Origin: Minisyncoccota bacterium
GTDB lineage: Bacteria; Patescibacteriota; Minisyncoccia; Phycocordibacterales; DATDWN01
Direction: 5' to 3'
Assembly: GCA_036517295.1 (NCBI GenBank)
Contig: DATDWZ010000016.1
Span: 1 to 50,783, forward strand
Length of the DNA: 50,783 nt
In this document: in pieces, positions 9,422 to 19,980 of the stretch
Numbering within the stretch: the first letter of the stretch is position 1
Layout: every line of letters begins with the position of its first letter
Notes under the pieces: model-generated
What the model was told of the DNA's origin: nothing
The model's input: only the letters and a program-made list of their open reading frames with translations
Database searches by the model: none
Position numbers and translations under genes: made by a program

Positions 9422-9612
9422 GAAATGCGGGCTTGTCCGCGCGGGGCCTGATATGCTCCATAAAACTATCAAGCTCGGGGAAACTCGGGCTTTAACGTTT
9501 GTAAATTTATTTTACTTCTCTCTGTTTTTTCGCTATCTTTAACAATAATTATATGTATTGTGGTATAATATTTATGTCAAAATTCTATTACAAATTATAA
9601 ATAATAAAAAAT

Positions 9613-11082
9613 ATGAAAGAAATTTTAAAAAAGAAAAAAGTTCACATTATCACGACATGTGGTGCGGTTGCTATCGCTGGGATAATATTATTCCAAGGTG
9701 CTATACCAAAAGCGGAAAGCTCAGTGAAAATTAATTCAATTTCGCCAAACCAGGGCGCCGATGGAACGGAAGTTGTCATAACCGGTTCTGGATTTTCATC
9801 TTCAATTCAAGGAATCACCGGTACTCAAATAAACGGAAAGGTGTACGCCCCAGGCAATTACATTTTAATTCAAAGTGATGTTCTCGAACAACCCATCCTT
9901 TCGCCTGACGGTAAAACGTTAACGTTCCATGTTAATCTTATTTCCGACAAAGTTAAGGCGGACTGCGCGGCCAGCTTAGCTAAAATAAAGCCCGGGTCGT
10001 GTAAAATACAAATCAAGGTGGTGAACGCCTATGGTAAGATGAGCCTTGGTCAATATTTTACTATCACGAGTCTCGTGAGTAAAAAACTTACGTACACAAT
10101 CGAAAAACTTGATATGCCAGTACCAGCAATTGTTCATGCGGTCGTTCCAGGTCAAAGTTGGGACGGTGATGATGTCATGCGTATTCGAGTTAGCGCGCCG
10201 GCAACCAATGGAGACACCATAACCGGTATAATATTTTCTATGGCAACGAACCCAGATGCTTTGGGTAATGGTTTTCAGCAATGTGCCTATTTTTATCCCA
10301 CAAGTTTACCTGACAGTTCTCTCGCAACCGATGGGACCAGACTACGAATGCGGGAAGAACCCTCGACAGGTTATTGGGGCGGGTCGCTTGGTATAGATGG
10401 CGGGGTATTCATATGGGATCCACAGCCGATTCCAGTAGGTTGCTTAGCATATATCGGCGGTTTCCCCCTAGCCCCCGGCGAGCATAAGGACTTCACCGTA
10501 AACATGAAGATGTTTGCTCAAAATTACGCATTAAAGGCAGATGGAACATACACACCTCCAGCGGAACAATCAAAGACATTTAGTCTCATGGTTAAAGCTC
10601 GTGCATTATATTTCGGAACTGGTGGTTACGTTATAGATAATTCTCCGGAAAACGGCTATGACAGTACTTTTGATTATTCTGCCGGCTATGGCGGTAATGA
10701 AATGCGTAGGAGTTTAAGCACATTAATCACAAGCGACCCAATCCAAATAATTCCTCAATCAATACCAACACCAGCCGAATATTTTATGACAGTTGCGGCA
10801 ACGCAATACACAGCAACAGGTACTAATCCTCGCATTATGTATTGGTGGGGGAAAGTAAATCAACATACTGACGCAAACGGAAATTGGCTTACTGACCCCG
10901 ATGGCGTTTCCGGAGCAGATCTAGACAAACTCACATACTGTAAAAAGTTTTATCCAAACACTACCGGCGTGGAAGATTATATGCTAGAGACTACAGATAC
11001 CTGGCGTGATCGCGGGAATGTTGGTGGGCCGTATACTTCAATTAAAATGTCTACAAAGTGTTTGCAACCAAGTCAATTCTAG
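9613..11082 (+). CDS. Secreted/surface protein with IPT/TIG-like domain and Cys-containing C-terminal domain
   Basis: Signal/TM segment; INSISPNQGADGTEVVITGSGF. Confidence 0.7.
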   Translation: MKEILKKKKVHIITTCGAVAIAGIILFQGAIPKAESSVKINSISPNQGADGTEVVITGSGFSSSIQGITGTQINGKVYAPGNYILIQSDVLEQPILSPDGKTLTFHVNLISDKVKADCAASLAKIKPGSCKIQIKVVNAYGKMSLGQYFTITSLVSKKLTYTIEKLDMPVPAIVHAVVPGQSWDGDDVMRIRVSAPATNGDTITGIIFSMATNPDALGNGFQQCAYFYPTSLPDSSLATDGTRLRMREEPSTGYWGGSLGIDGGVFIWDPQPIPVGCLAYIGGFPLAPGEHKDFTVNMKMFAQNYALKADGTYTPPAEQSKTFSLMVKARALYFGTGGYVIDNSPENGYDSTFDYSAGYGGNEMRRSLSTLITSDPIQIIPQSIPTPAEYFMTVAATQYTATGTNPRIMYWWGKVNQHTDANGNWLTDPDGVSGADLDKLTYCKKFYPNTTGVEDYMLETTDTWRDRGNVGGPYTSIKMSTKCLQPSQF

Positions 11083-11154
11083 ACAAAGAAGATTCTGTTT
11101 GAAATATATATTGTTTAGATAGTAAATTTCTCGAAAAACTGATATATTGTCTCC

Positions 11155-12258
11155 ATGTTAAGTATTGGGATTGTGGGACTTCCTAATGTCGGGAAATCGA
11201 CACTGTTTAATGCACTAACTAAAAAGTCAGTACCTGCAGAGAATTATCCTTTTTGTACCATCGACCCGTCAGTCGGTATCGTTCCTGTACCAGACCCTAG
11301 ACTTGCTAAATTGTCAGAATTTAGCAAGTCAGGCAAGACCATACCGGCGGTTGTTGAGTTTGTGGACATTGCCGGCCTCGTTAAGGGCGCGGCTGAAGGA
11401 GAAGGGCTCGGAAATAAGTTTTTGACTAATATTCGTGAGACGGATGCGATATTGGAAGTTGTGCGTATTTTTGAAGATGACAAAATTATTCATGTTCACG
11501 GCGGGATAAACCCAATTTCAGATATTGAAGTAATAAACTATGAACTTGTACTGGCCGATAACGAAACAGTGACCAAGCGACTGTCTAATTTACAGAAAGA
11601 AGTCAAAGCCGGTAAGAAAGAAGCTGTTTATGAAAATGAAATTCTACAAAAGGTGGATGCGTGTATAAAAGCCGGAAAGCTAGTTAACTCACTAGTGTTC
11701 GATGAAAAGGAAAAAGCTGTCGTAAAGCAATTGAACCTACTCACCGCAAAACCTATTATGTATGCTCTCAATAAAAAAGCCGGAAATAAAAACTTAGGCG
11801 ATATATCGCCCAACATAGATGAACCGTGGGGGAAATTAATGGATTTTTTTGAGCAAAATAAAAGTCAGTATGTGGTGATTGATGCCGGAATAGAGCACGA
11901 ACTGAAGGATTTGGCCGGAGAAGAAAAGGAAATGTTTCGTACGGAACTTGGCGGGGAAGACGACGGGATAGATAATTTAATAAAAGGAGGATATCGGTTA
12001 CTCAATCTGATTACATATTTTACAACAGGTGAAGATGAGACGAGGGCCTGGACAATATTACGCGACTCAACTGCGCCTGTTGCTGGACAGGCGATTCACA
12101 CCGATTTCAAAGATAAATTCATTCGTGCCGAAGTGGTTTACTGCAACGACCTACTTTCATCCGGTTCGTATGCATCCGCGCGTGAAAAAGGTCTAGTACG
12201 AACAGAAGGAAAAGATTATATTGTGAAGGATGGTGATGTAATAGAGTTCAAGATTTGA
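11155..12258 (+). CDS. ychF: Redox-regulated ATPase YchF
   Basis: GLPNVGKST, NYPFCTIDP, DIAGLVKGA, EGKDYIVKDGD. Confidence 0.97.
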   Translation: MLSIGIVGLPNVGKSTLFNALTKKSVPAENYPFCTIDPSVGIVPVPDPRLAKLSEFSKSGKTIPAVVEFVDIAGLVKGAAEGEGLGNKFLTNIRETDAILEVVRIFEDDKIIHVHGGINPISDIEVINYELVLADNETVTKRLSNLQKEVKAGKKEAVYENEILQKVDACIKAGKLVNSLVFDEKEKAVVKQLNLLTAKPIMYALNKKAGNKNLGDISPNIDEPWGKLMDFFEQNKSQYVVIDAGIEHELKDLAGEEKEMFRTELGGEDDGIDNLIKGGYRLLNLITYFTTGEDETRAWTILRDSTAPVAGQAIHTDFKDKFIRAEVVYCNDLLSSGSYASAREKGLVRTEGKDYIVKDGDVIEFKI

Positions 12259-12270
12259 TATAATCGGTTC

Positions 12271-12672
12271 ATGAAAAAAGGCTATAAAGGTGATATTGAA
12301 AAACTTACGCTTGAGAACGATAATTTTAGAAAAGTACTTTATACCGGAGAGTATAGCCAGTTGGTGTTGATGAGTCTCTTACCGGGAGAAGAAATAGGAA
12401 GTGAGGTGCATGTCGGTAACGACCAATTTTTCAGGTTTGAGGCCGGGGAGGGGATGGTTTATATAAATGACGCCGAATATGTCGTCAAAAATGGTGACGC
12501 CGTAATAGTGCCAAAAGGGGCCAGGCATAACGTCGTAAACACCGGTAAAACAGAATCACTGAAACTCTACACAGTATATAGTCCGGCTCACCATAAAGAT
12601 GGTATAATCAGAAAAACAAAGACGGAAGCCGAGGTAAACGGTCCGGAGTTTGACGGTGTAACGACGGAATAA
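12271..12672 (+). CDS. Cupin-domain protein
   Basis: EVH...DQFFRFEAG, VPKGARHNVVN. Confidence 0.88.
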   Translation: MKKGYKGDIEKLTLENDNFRKVLYTGEYSQLVLMSLLPGEEIGSEVHVGNDQFFRFEAGEGMVYINDAEYVVKNGDAVIVPKGARHNVVNTGKTESLKLYTVYSPAHHKDGIIRKTKTEAEVNGPEFDGVTTE

Positions 12673-12693
12673 TTATTAATTAAAAATAAAAAT

Positions 12694-13611
12694 ATGAATC
12701 CACAAAAATCAAATGCTAAGGATGTGTTTTTGAACCTCGGGGCAACGGTTGCCCTGTCGGTATTCGTCGGTTATTTGGTCAGTCTTTTATTTACGATAAT
12801 AAACAAAGCTTACCCGGCTATTAACAGTTATTATTATGGCTCTTACTCGATTAGTTTTCCTGTGGCCACATTGATAATCGTCTTTCCGATTTACATTTTA
12901 CTAATGTGGCTTTTGGAAAAATCCTATGCGGTTGCTCCGGAAGACAGGAACGCCGGAATCCGTAAGTGGCTGACCTATATCACTCTTTTTGTTTCAGGTA
13001 TCTGTCTCGCTGGAGACTTGGTTTATGTTGTCTATTACTTTATCGATGGTCAAGAAATGACGGCTGGTTTTCTAATGAAAGCACTCTCTGTTTTAGTTAT
13101 CTCGCTTGGTATTTTCTTCTATTATATTTCCGATGTCAGAGGGAAACTAAACGGTGCCTCAAGAAAGGTTTGGACTTTGGTGGCGACCCTGGTAATTCTA
13201 GGCTCAATAGTCTGGGGCTTTTCGGTTCTCGGTTCTCCTCGTACACAACAGCTTTACAAATATGACCAGGAGAAGGTTTCTCAGTTACAGAGTATAAGTA
13301 GCGAAGTCAGTTATTATTGGCAAAGAAATAACAAGGTACCGATGAAATTGTCGGATTTATCCGAGTCAAGCTACTACACCGTACCTAATGATAAACAGTC
13401 CGGCGCGCCGTACGAATATATCAAGAGTACGAATACCACCTACCAGCTTTGTGCCGAGTTCAACAAATCATCGGAAGAAGCCAATACTATCAGATATGAA
13501 ACATATCCAAGTAAGGTCGGGACATGGAACCATCCGGCTGGCCGTTACTGCTTCTCTCTATCAGCAGATGCAAACCTATCTCCTAAATCCGTACCGATTC
13601 CTCTAGAGTAG
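12694..13611 (+). CDS. Multi-pass membrane protein (DUF5671-like)
   Basis: About five TM segments, IRKWLTYITLF, soluble C-terminus YQLCAEF. Confidence 0.65.
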   Translation: MNPQKSNAKDVFLNLGATVALSVFVGYLVSLLFTIINKAYPAINSYYYGSYSISFPVATLIIVFPIYILLMWLLEKSYAVAPEDRNAGIRKWLTYITLFVSGICLAGDLVYVVYYFIDGQEMTAGFLMKALSVLVISLGIFFYYISDVRGKLNGASRKVWTLVATLVILGSIVWGFSVLGSPRTQQLYKYDQEKVSQLQSISSEVSYYWQRNNKVPMKLSDLSESSYYTVPNDKQSGAPYEYIKSTNTTYQLCAEFNKSSEEANTIRYETYPSKVGTWNHPAGRYCFSLSADANLSPKSVPIPLE

Positions 13612-13681
13612 TAAACACTCACAATCTTTCTTATTTGGTGCTCCTCTTTGCTTTACCGGGCTATTTGTCTATACTTAATTT

Positions 13682-16252
13682 ATGATGCGAAAAAGCAATA
13701 CTCAAGTTAGTAAAAGTACAAATACATATAACCATTTGGAAATCGAAAAGAGATGGCAGAAAGAATGGGATAAGAAAAAAATCTACAAGACTAGAGAAAA
13801 AGGTGGAAAAAAATACTATGTTCTAGACATGTTTCCGTATCCTTCAGGCAAAGGGCTTCATGTTGGTCATCCAAAGGGTTACATAGGTTCTGATGTTTTC
13901 GCGCGCATGAAGCGAATGCAGGGATTTAACGTACTTCATCCTATGGGTTATGACGCTTTCGGTTTGCCGGCCGAACAATATGCTCTCGAGCACAACATCT
14001 CTCCACGTAAGGCAGTAATAGAGAATATAAAGACTTTTGAAAACCAGCTTTCTATAATCGGTCTTTCGTACGACTGGAGTAGGCGAGTAGATACCACTGA
14101 CCCCGATTTTTATCATTGGACTCAGTGGATTTTCTTGAAACTTTATAACTCTTGGTATAACAAAGAAAAAGATAAGGCCGAACCGATAGAGGTTTTGATA
14201 AAACAATTCGAAAAATCCGACCCAGCATGGAAATCAAAAACAGCAAAAGAAAAACAGGATGTCCTAATGAAATATCGCTTGGCCTATGAGGGTTATAGTG
14301 AGGTGAACTGGTGTCCTGTACTCTGCACAGTTTTGGCCAACGACGAAGTTCTAGACAGTCCAAAAGGGCCAGTATCCGAACGGGGAGGTTATCCGGTGGT
14401 GAAAAAAGAAATGCGTCAGTGGTTTATGCGAATCACAGCATACGCGGATAGATTACTTTCAGGGCTGGAGGATTTGGATTGGTCGTTACACATAAAAGAA
14501 ATACAGAAAAACTGGATAGGAAAAAGCGACGGTTTGGTTTTTAAGGCAAAAGTTAAGGATTCTGATATTGTAATAGAAACTTTTTCTGCTCACTTTGAAG
14601 CTTGTTATGCTGATACATTTTTTGCTATTCCGCCAGACCATCCACTTTTGGAGAAACTTCTAGAGAATAAACCGGAAAAAGAAAAAGTTTTAAAGAAAAC
14701 GAAAGAAATTTTGGAAAAAAGAGATTCCGCCGGCGAAGGGGAATATAAAAATGTGGACGGCATTTTCACTGGCTGTTATGCCGTAGATCCGCTGGGTAAT
14801 GGTGATTTGCCAATATGGGTTGCAAGTTTTGCTCTGAAAGATTACGGGACGGGAATAGTAAAGTGTTCGGCTCACGACGAGAGAGATTTTGCTTTTGCTA
14901 AAAAATTTAATATTCCATTAAAAGTGGTTTTACTTCCATCCGACAAAGAGTTGGGTAAAAGGGTTATGGCTCAAGAAGTTTGTTTTACAGATATGAAAAG
15001 TGGAATATTGACCGAGCCAACGGAACTCATGGGACGAATTGCTGGGGAAGCTAGAAAAGATGTGGTGAGGTATGTAACTTCCCGCGGATATGCTCGGGTT
15101 CACACTACATACAAAATGCGCGATGCGGTCTTCGCCCGCCAGAGATACTGGGGTGAACCTATTCCTCTATGGTATGACAAGAACGGTATAATACACGAAG
15201 TTCCTCTGAGTAAACTCCCACTGAAATTACCGGAAGCCAAATCTTATCAACCGACAGGCACGGGAGAATCTCCTCTGGCCGGTGTTTCTTCCTGGGTCAA
15301 GAAGGGTTTCGAGACCAATACTATGCCGGGTTGGGCTGGTTCGTCTTGGTACTTCTTGCGATATATGGATCCAAAAAACAAAAAGGCTTTTGCCGACAAG
15401 AAGGCTATACAATATTGGAAAAATGTGGACATATATGTTGGAGGAGCCGAACACGCAACCGGACATCTGCTTTATTCAAGATTTTGGCATAAGTTTCTAA
15501 AGGATTATGGTTTGGTTGTGACGGAGGAACCGTTTAAAACTCTAAAGAATCAGGGGATGATTCAAGGAGCCGATGGTCGAAAGATGAGTAAGAGATGGGG
15601 AAATGTTATAAACCCGAACGATGTGGTCAGAGATTATGGTGCGGACACTCTTCGTTTGTATGAAATGTTCATGGGACCTTTTGAAGGGTCACTTCCGTGG
15701 AGTACGGACAATATAATGGGGTCAAGACGCTTTCTTGAGAGAGTGTGGAGGTTATCGGAGCGAGTTTCCAGCAAGGTTGAGGGCGATAGAAATGTCGAAG
15801 TGCTTTTGAATAAGACAATAAAAAAAGTTGGAGATGATATAGAAAGTTTTGCTTTTAATACCGCAGTGTCCAGCATGATGATACTGGTCAATGAGATGGA
15901 AAAATACGAATTGATTCCGAAAAAATATTTCGAATCATTTTTAAAGATTCTCAGCCCCTTTGCTCCACATATAAGCGAAGAGTTATGGAAATCTTTGGGA
16001 CATAAAACATTTTTGGTTTTGGAAAAATGGCCGGAAGCCGACAAAACAAAAATGAGAGAGATGGAGGTCAAGATGGTAATTCAAATAAACGGAAAAGTGC
16101 GGGCCGTACTGCAGTCTATTATAGGATCCGATCAAGCAGAAGTGGAATCCCTAGCCAGAAGTTCTCTGGATGTGGAGAAGTGGCTCTTGAATAAGGAAAT
16201 AAAAAAGACGATTTTTGTGCCGGACAAACTTCTGAACTTTGTCGTCGCATAA
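13682..16252 (+). CDS. leuS: Leucine--tRNA ligase
   Basis: MFPYPSG.GLHVGH, KMSKRWGN, RQRYWGEPIP. Confidence 0.97.
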   Translation: MMRKSNTQVSKSTNTYNHLEIEKRWQKEWDKKKIYKTREKGGKKYYVLDMFPYPSGKGLHVGHPKGYIGSDVFARMKRMQGFNVLHPMGYDAFGLPAEQYALEHNISPRKAVIENIKTFENQLSIIGLSYDWSRRVDTTDPDFYHWTQWIFLKLYNSWYNKEKDKAEPIEVLIKQFEKSDPAWKSKTAKEKQDVLMKYRLAYEGYSEVNWCPVLCTVLANDEVLDSPKGPVSERGGYPVVKKEMRQWFMRITAYADRLLSGLEDLDWSLHIKEIQKNWIGKSDGLVFKAKVKDSDIVIETFSAHFEACYADTFFAIPPDHPLLEKLLENKPEKEKVLKKTKEILEKRDSAGEGEYKNVDGIFTGCYAVDPLGNGDLPIWVASFALKDYGTGIVKCSAHDERDFAFAKKFNIPLKVVLLPSDKELGKRVMAQEVCFTDMKSGILTEPTELMGRIAGEARKDVVRYVTSRGYARVHTTYKMRDAVFARQRYWGEPIPLWYDKNGIIHEVPLSKLPLKLPEAKSYQPTGTGESPLAGVSSWVKKGFETNTMPGWAGSSWYFLRYMDPKNKKAFADKKAIQYWKNVDIYVGGAEHATGHLLYSRFWHKFLKDYGLVVTEEPFKTLKNQGMIQGADGRKMSKRWGNVINPNDVVRDYGADTLRLYEMFMGPFEGSLPWSTDNIMGSRRFLERVWRLSERVSSKVEGDRNVEVLLNKTIKKVGDDIESFAFNTAVSSMMILVNEMEKYELIPKKYFESFLKILSPFAPHISEELWKSLGHKTFLVLEKWPEADKTKMREMEVKMVIQINGKVRAVLQSIIGSDQAEVESLARSSLDVEKWLLNKEIKKTIFVPDKLLNFVVA

Positions 16253-16313
16253 TTTGACCATTTTCGGTCAAGCCTTGACTCTTTATAGGGTTAATGATAC
16301 AACTAAAGTACAT

Positions 16314-17351
16314 ATGATGGAGAAAACACCAATCACATTTAAACCAAAACAGGTCATAAAGCGCCTGCTCTCTGTTTTAGGGGATAGGTCTCAAGATGTT
16401 TTAACCTCTCGTTTTGGCCTCGGAAACGACCCGAAACGGATGACTTTGGAAGCTATTGGTAAAAAATATAAAATTACTCGCGAAAGAGTCAGACAGATTG
16501 AAAACTATTCAGTAATCAACATCCGCAAATCAAAGGAATATGGTAAAGAAAAAGTGGTTTTTGATGAATTAAGAAAGATAATCGGAGACTTGGGAGCCAC
16601 AGTCTCGGAAGAAGTGCTTTTGAATCATATTTCCAAAGATAAAAGTACCCAGAATCAGATACATTTCTTACTTGTGGTTGGTGAGGATTTTACAAAAGAT
16701 AAAGAAGATTTAGAATTCAAGCACCGCTGGAGTATAGATAAGGATCTATCAAAAAAAATCCACACATCCCTCCGAACATTGTACTCAACCCTCTCCGACG
16801 ATGAAATATTGCTGGAGTCCGATATGGTGGCCAAGTTTTTGGAGCACCTGAAAGATGTTTCGGATAAATATAAAAATGATGAGATTGCAAAGCGATGGTT
16901 GACCCTGTCGAAACTAATAGATAAGAATCCTTTGGGCGAGTGGGGCAAGACCGGCTCTTCAAATATAAACGCAAAAGGCATGCGAGACTATGCTTACCTG
17001 GTCATCCGCCGACACGGCTCGCCGATACATTTCCGGGAAGTAGCCAAACTTATTACCGAACTCTTCAACAAAAAAGCTCATGTTGCTACTACCCACAACG
17101 AACTGATAAAAGACCCTAGGTTTGTTTTGGTTGGCCGTGGACTCTATGCATTGTCAGAATGGGGATATATGAGCGGAGTTGTTCGAGAGGTCATTAAGAG
17201 TGTTTTGGAGAAAAATGGCCCCTTGGCTAAGGACGAGATTATAAAAAAGGTTTTGAAGGAAAGATATGTAAAAGAGAATACTATAATGGTCAACCTACAG
17301 AACGGTAAATATTTCAAAAAGGCGAAAGACGGAAAGTATAGCTTGGTGTAA
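16314..17351 (+). CDS. Sigma70 region-4 HTH plus C-terminal winged-HTH (HARE-HTH-like) protein
   Basis: RFGL...TLEAIGKKYKITRERVRQIE; HNELIKDPRFVLVGRGLYALSEWG; start uncertain. Confidence 0.75.
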   Translation: MMEKTPITFKPKQVIKRLLSVLGDRSQDVLTSRFGLGNDPKRMTLEAIGKKYKITRERVRQIENYSVINIRKSKEYGKEKVVFDELRKIIGDLGATVSEEVLLNHISKDKSTQNQIHFLLVVGEDFTKDKEDLEFKHRWSIDKDLSKKIHTSLRTLYSTLSDDEILLESDMVAKFLEHLKDVSDKYKNDEIAKRWLTLSKLIDKNPLGEWGKTGSSNINAKGMRDYAYLVIRRHGSPIHFREVAKLITELFNKKAHVATTHNELIKDPRFVLVGRGLYALSEWGYMSGVVREVIKSVLEKNGPLAKDEIIKKVLKERYVKENTIMVNLQNGKYFKKAKDGKYSLV

Positions 17352-17504
17352 AATTTCCTGACCCGTATTCTTCGAAAGGCAATCTATCTAGCTCTGTTGA
17401 GCTAGCGAACTTCTCGTCGTTCAAGAAAATAATGGTCGGAATACCTTCTTTATTTTCTAAACTCCTACGAAAGGCCTTTCTCAAAACACGGGTCAGGAAA
17501 TTTT
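17350..17504. repeat. 155-bp structured element with 17-bp terminal inverted repeats
   Basis: AAAATTTCCTGACCCGT / ACGGGTCAGGAAATTTT plus internal stems. Confidence 0.7.
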
Positions 17505-17563
17505 TAAAGAGGGTGTGGTTAGGTTGGGTGGTTTTTTGTTGTCGTTACGATATAATATAGTCT

Positions 17564-18865
17564 ATGATTTGGTCATCTATATACGGATTGTCACCGAGCG
17601 TATTGGAGGGACTATATTATGTTTCCTACTTTTTTGTTCCGTTATTTCTTATCAATACACTGTGGGAGTTTTGGGTAAGGTATAGGAGGGCCTTGTACTT
17701 TGCCAAGCAGACCTATGTCTTGCTCGAAATAAAATTACCGAGGGAGATTTTTAAGTCCCCGAGAGCGATGGAGTTTTGTATCGCCGGTATGTGGCAGATG
17801 ATTGGTGAAGGTAACTGGTTTGAAAAGTATTGGAAGGGTATGGTCCGTGCCCATTTTTCTTTGGAGATAGTTTCGATAGATGGAGTGGTGCATTTTTACA
17901 TATACACGAAGAAGGGTCACAAGAATCAAGTAGAAGCAAACCTTTATTCTCAATACCCGGGAATCGAAATATACGAGGTGTCGGATTACTCGATTCCGTT
18001 CAGGCATGATCCGGAAGTCAGTACTTTTTGGGCATGTGAATTTGAGTTGTCTAAAGCCGATGCTTTTCCAATAAAGACATATATTGATTATGGCATGGAG
18101 AAAGATCCGAAAGAAGAATTCAAGATAGACCCCATGACGCCGTTTATAGAATTTATAGGCTCTCTTCCGCGAGGGAACAATGTTTGGCTTCAGTTTATTA
18201 TTCGGGCCCATAAAGCCGAAGAGAAGGATAGGAAAAAGACTTTTCGTACCTGGAAGATATGGGAAACTTGGAAAATGAAAGATGTTTGGGATTTTATGAG
18301 CAAGAAGGATTATAAATGGAAAGAGGCGGCGCAGGAGGAAATAGACAAAATAATTGCCGGGACAAAAGGAGAGAAAGACAAAGATGGTAAGTTTGTCCCA
18401 GGTACCGGTAGACAACCCACCGAGATAGAGAAAGAGACCATCGCTGCTCTTGGTCGAAGTATATCTAAAAACGGATTTGATGTCGGTATGCGTCTAATCT
18501 ATACCGCCCCTAAAGATGTCTTTGTTATAATGAATCTCGCTGGAATTATTGGCGGTATTGCACACTTTAATTCACACCTCAATGGCTTTAAAACCACTAA
18601 TGGGTCAGCAGAATACCATAAGCATTTCTTGTTGTCATGGTGGAAAAGGAGCGAAAGAGTTCGAAATGTGGAACAGCAGAATATGCTGGACGCGTATAAA
18701 CGACGAGCTTTCTTCTATTGGCCATACAAAAGAGAGAAGACTTTTGTCCTGAATTCCGAAGAGCTGGCTACAGTGTTTCATCTTCCTGGTGGTGTGGCAA
18801 GTACACCTTCGTTTACTCGTATTGAGTCCAGAAAAGCTGAACCGCCTGCGAATCTACCAGTATAG
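17564..18865 (+). CDS. Conserved hypothetical membrane-anchored protein (CPR type)
   Basis: 433-aa ORF, N-terminal TM, LNSEELATVFHLP and PPANLP C-terminus. Confidence 0.7.
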   Translation: MIWSSIYGLSPSVLEGLYYVSYFFVPLFLINTLWEFWVRYRRALYFAKQTYVLLEIKLPREIFKSPRAMEFCIAGMWQMIGEGNWFEKYWKGMVRAHFSLEIVSIDGVVHFYIYTKKGHKNQVEANLYSQYPGIEIYEVSDYSIPFRHDPEVSTFWACEFELSKADAFPIKTYIDYGMEKDPKEEFKIDPMTPFIEFIGSLPRGNNVWLQFIIRAHKAEEKDRKKTFRTWKIWETWKMKDVWDFMSKKDYKWKEAAQEEIDKIIAGTKGEKDKDGKFVPGTGRQPTEIEKETIAALGRSISKNGFDVGMRLIYTAPKDVFVIMNLAGIIGGIAHFNSHLNGFKTTNGSAEYHKHFLLSWWKRSERVRNVEQQNMLDAYKRRAFFYWPYKREKTFVLNSEELATVFHLPGGVASTPSFTRIESRKAEPPANLPV

Positions 18866-18871
18866 TCTTAT

Positions 18872-19876
18872 ATGGATATTAAAATAGACCAAATATTGCA
18901 GTGGTTTAGAATGAGGCGGGAGAAGGTCGCTTATTTTTTTATCGGCATTTTTATCATAGCCGTGATGTATCTTTTTTTTCACACACCTCCGGTAGGTTTT
19001 CCTATAGATCAAGTATTCACTGTTACTACAGGTGAGTCTCTACAGAATATTGCAGACAACTTATATGATAATAATATTATACGATCACCATTTTTCTTTC
19101 GGGCACATGTTATCCTCCAAGGAGCGGAAAACCGTGTTATGGCCGGGGATTATCTTTTGGATAGACGTGAAGGATCGGCAGATTTGGCTTACCGACTGGT
19201 TCATGGGCAGTTTAATGTGGACTCCATAAAAACGACTATTCCGGAGGGTTGGAATGTTTTTCAAATTTCCGACTACCTGAAGAAGAATCTGATTAACTTT
19301 GATCTCGTTCGATTTATTTTTTTGGCCAAAAGTAAAGAGGGTTATCTTTTTCCGGATACATATTTTCTTTCTCAAACTTCAAAACCGGAAGCCATCATCG
19401 CCTTGATGAGTAACAACTTTGATGCCAAGATAGCTTCGGTTTACGGGCCCGCAACATCTACACGAGTCCTCGGCGGGCAAAAACGCAATCTGAAGGACGT
19501 CATCACCATGGCCTCTATTTTGGAAAACGAAGCGCGCACGACGGATAGTCGCCGAATCATCGCTGGAATATTGTGGAAGAGGTTATCTCTCGGCATGCCT
19601 CTACAAGTCGATTCAACCTTTTCTTATATAAATGGAAAAAATACTTATGACCTGACTCTGGATGATTTGAAAATTGACTCGCCATACAATACATATATGT
19701 ATAGGGGCCTACCTCCCGGACCTATCAGTAACCCCGGGGTTGATGCTATAACCGATGCTATAACCCCGATAACTACTCAATACCTGTATTTCTTATCGAG
19801 CAGGAGTGGGAAAATGTATTATGCTACGACCTTTGAACAACATAAGAGGAATAAGGAACTTTATCTCAATAAATAG
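18872..19876 (+). CDS. mltG: Endolytic transglycosylase MltG
   Basis: TIPEG, EGYLFPDTY, ASILENE, LQVDS, SPYNTY..GLPPGPISNPG. Confidence 0.93.
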   Translation: MDIKIDQILQWFRMRREKVAYFFIGIFIIAVMYLFFHTPPVGFPIDQVFTVTTGESLQNIADNLYDNNIIRSPFFFRAHVILQGAENRVMAGDYLLDRREGSADLAYRLVHGQFNVDSIKTTIPEGWNVFQISDYLKKNLINFDLVRFIFLAKSKEGYLFPDTYFLSQTSKPEAIIALMSNNFDAKIASVYGPATSTRVLGGQKRNLKDVITMASILENEARTTDSRRIIAGILWKRLSLGMPLQVDSTFSYINGKNTYDLTLDDLKIDSPYNTYMYRGLPPGPISNPGVDAITDAITPITTQYLYFLSSRSGKMYYATTFEQHKRNKELYLNK

Positions 19877-19980
19877 TGCTTCGGGCTTACTTTATCCTCG
19901 TCTTTGTTTCCTAAATCACCCGCGAAGCCTCTAAAAAGTTATTGTTCTTCCATTTGTTGGATTTATGGTATAAAAGAGTC

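Noticed and set aside
5225-19876. Two mltG paralogs as a novel system
   Set aside because: Ordinary paralogy; nothing in the sequence suggests more.
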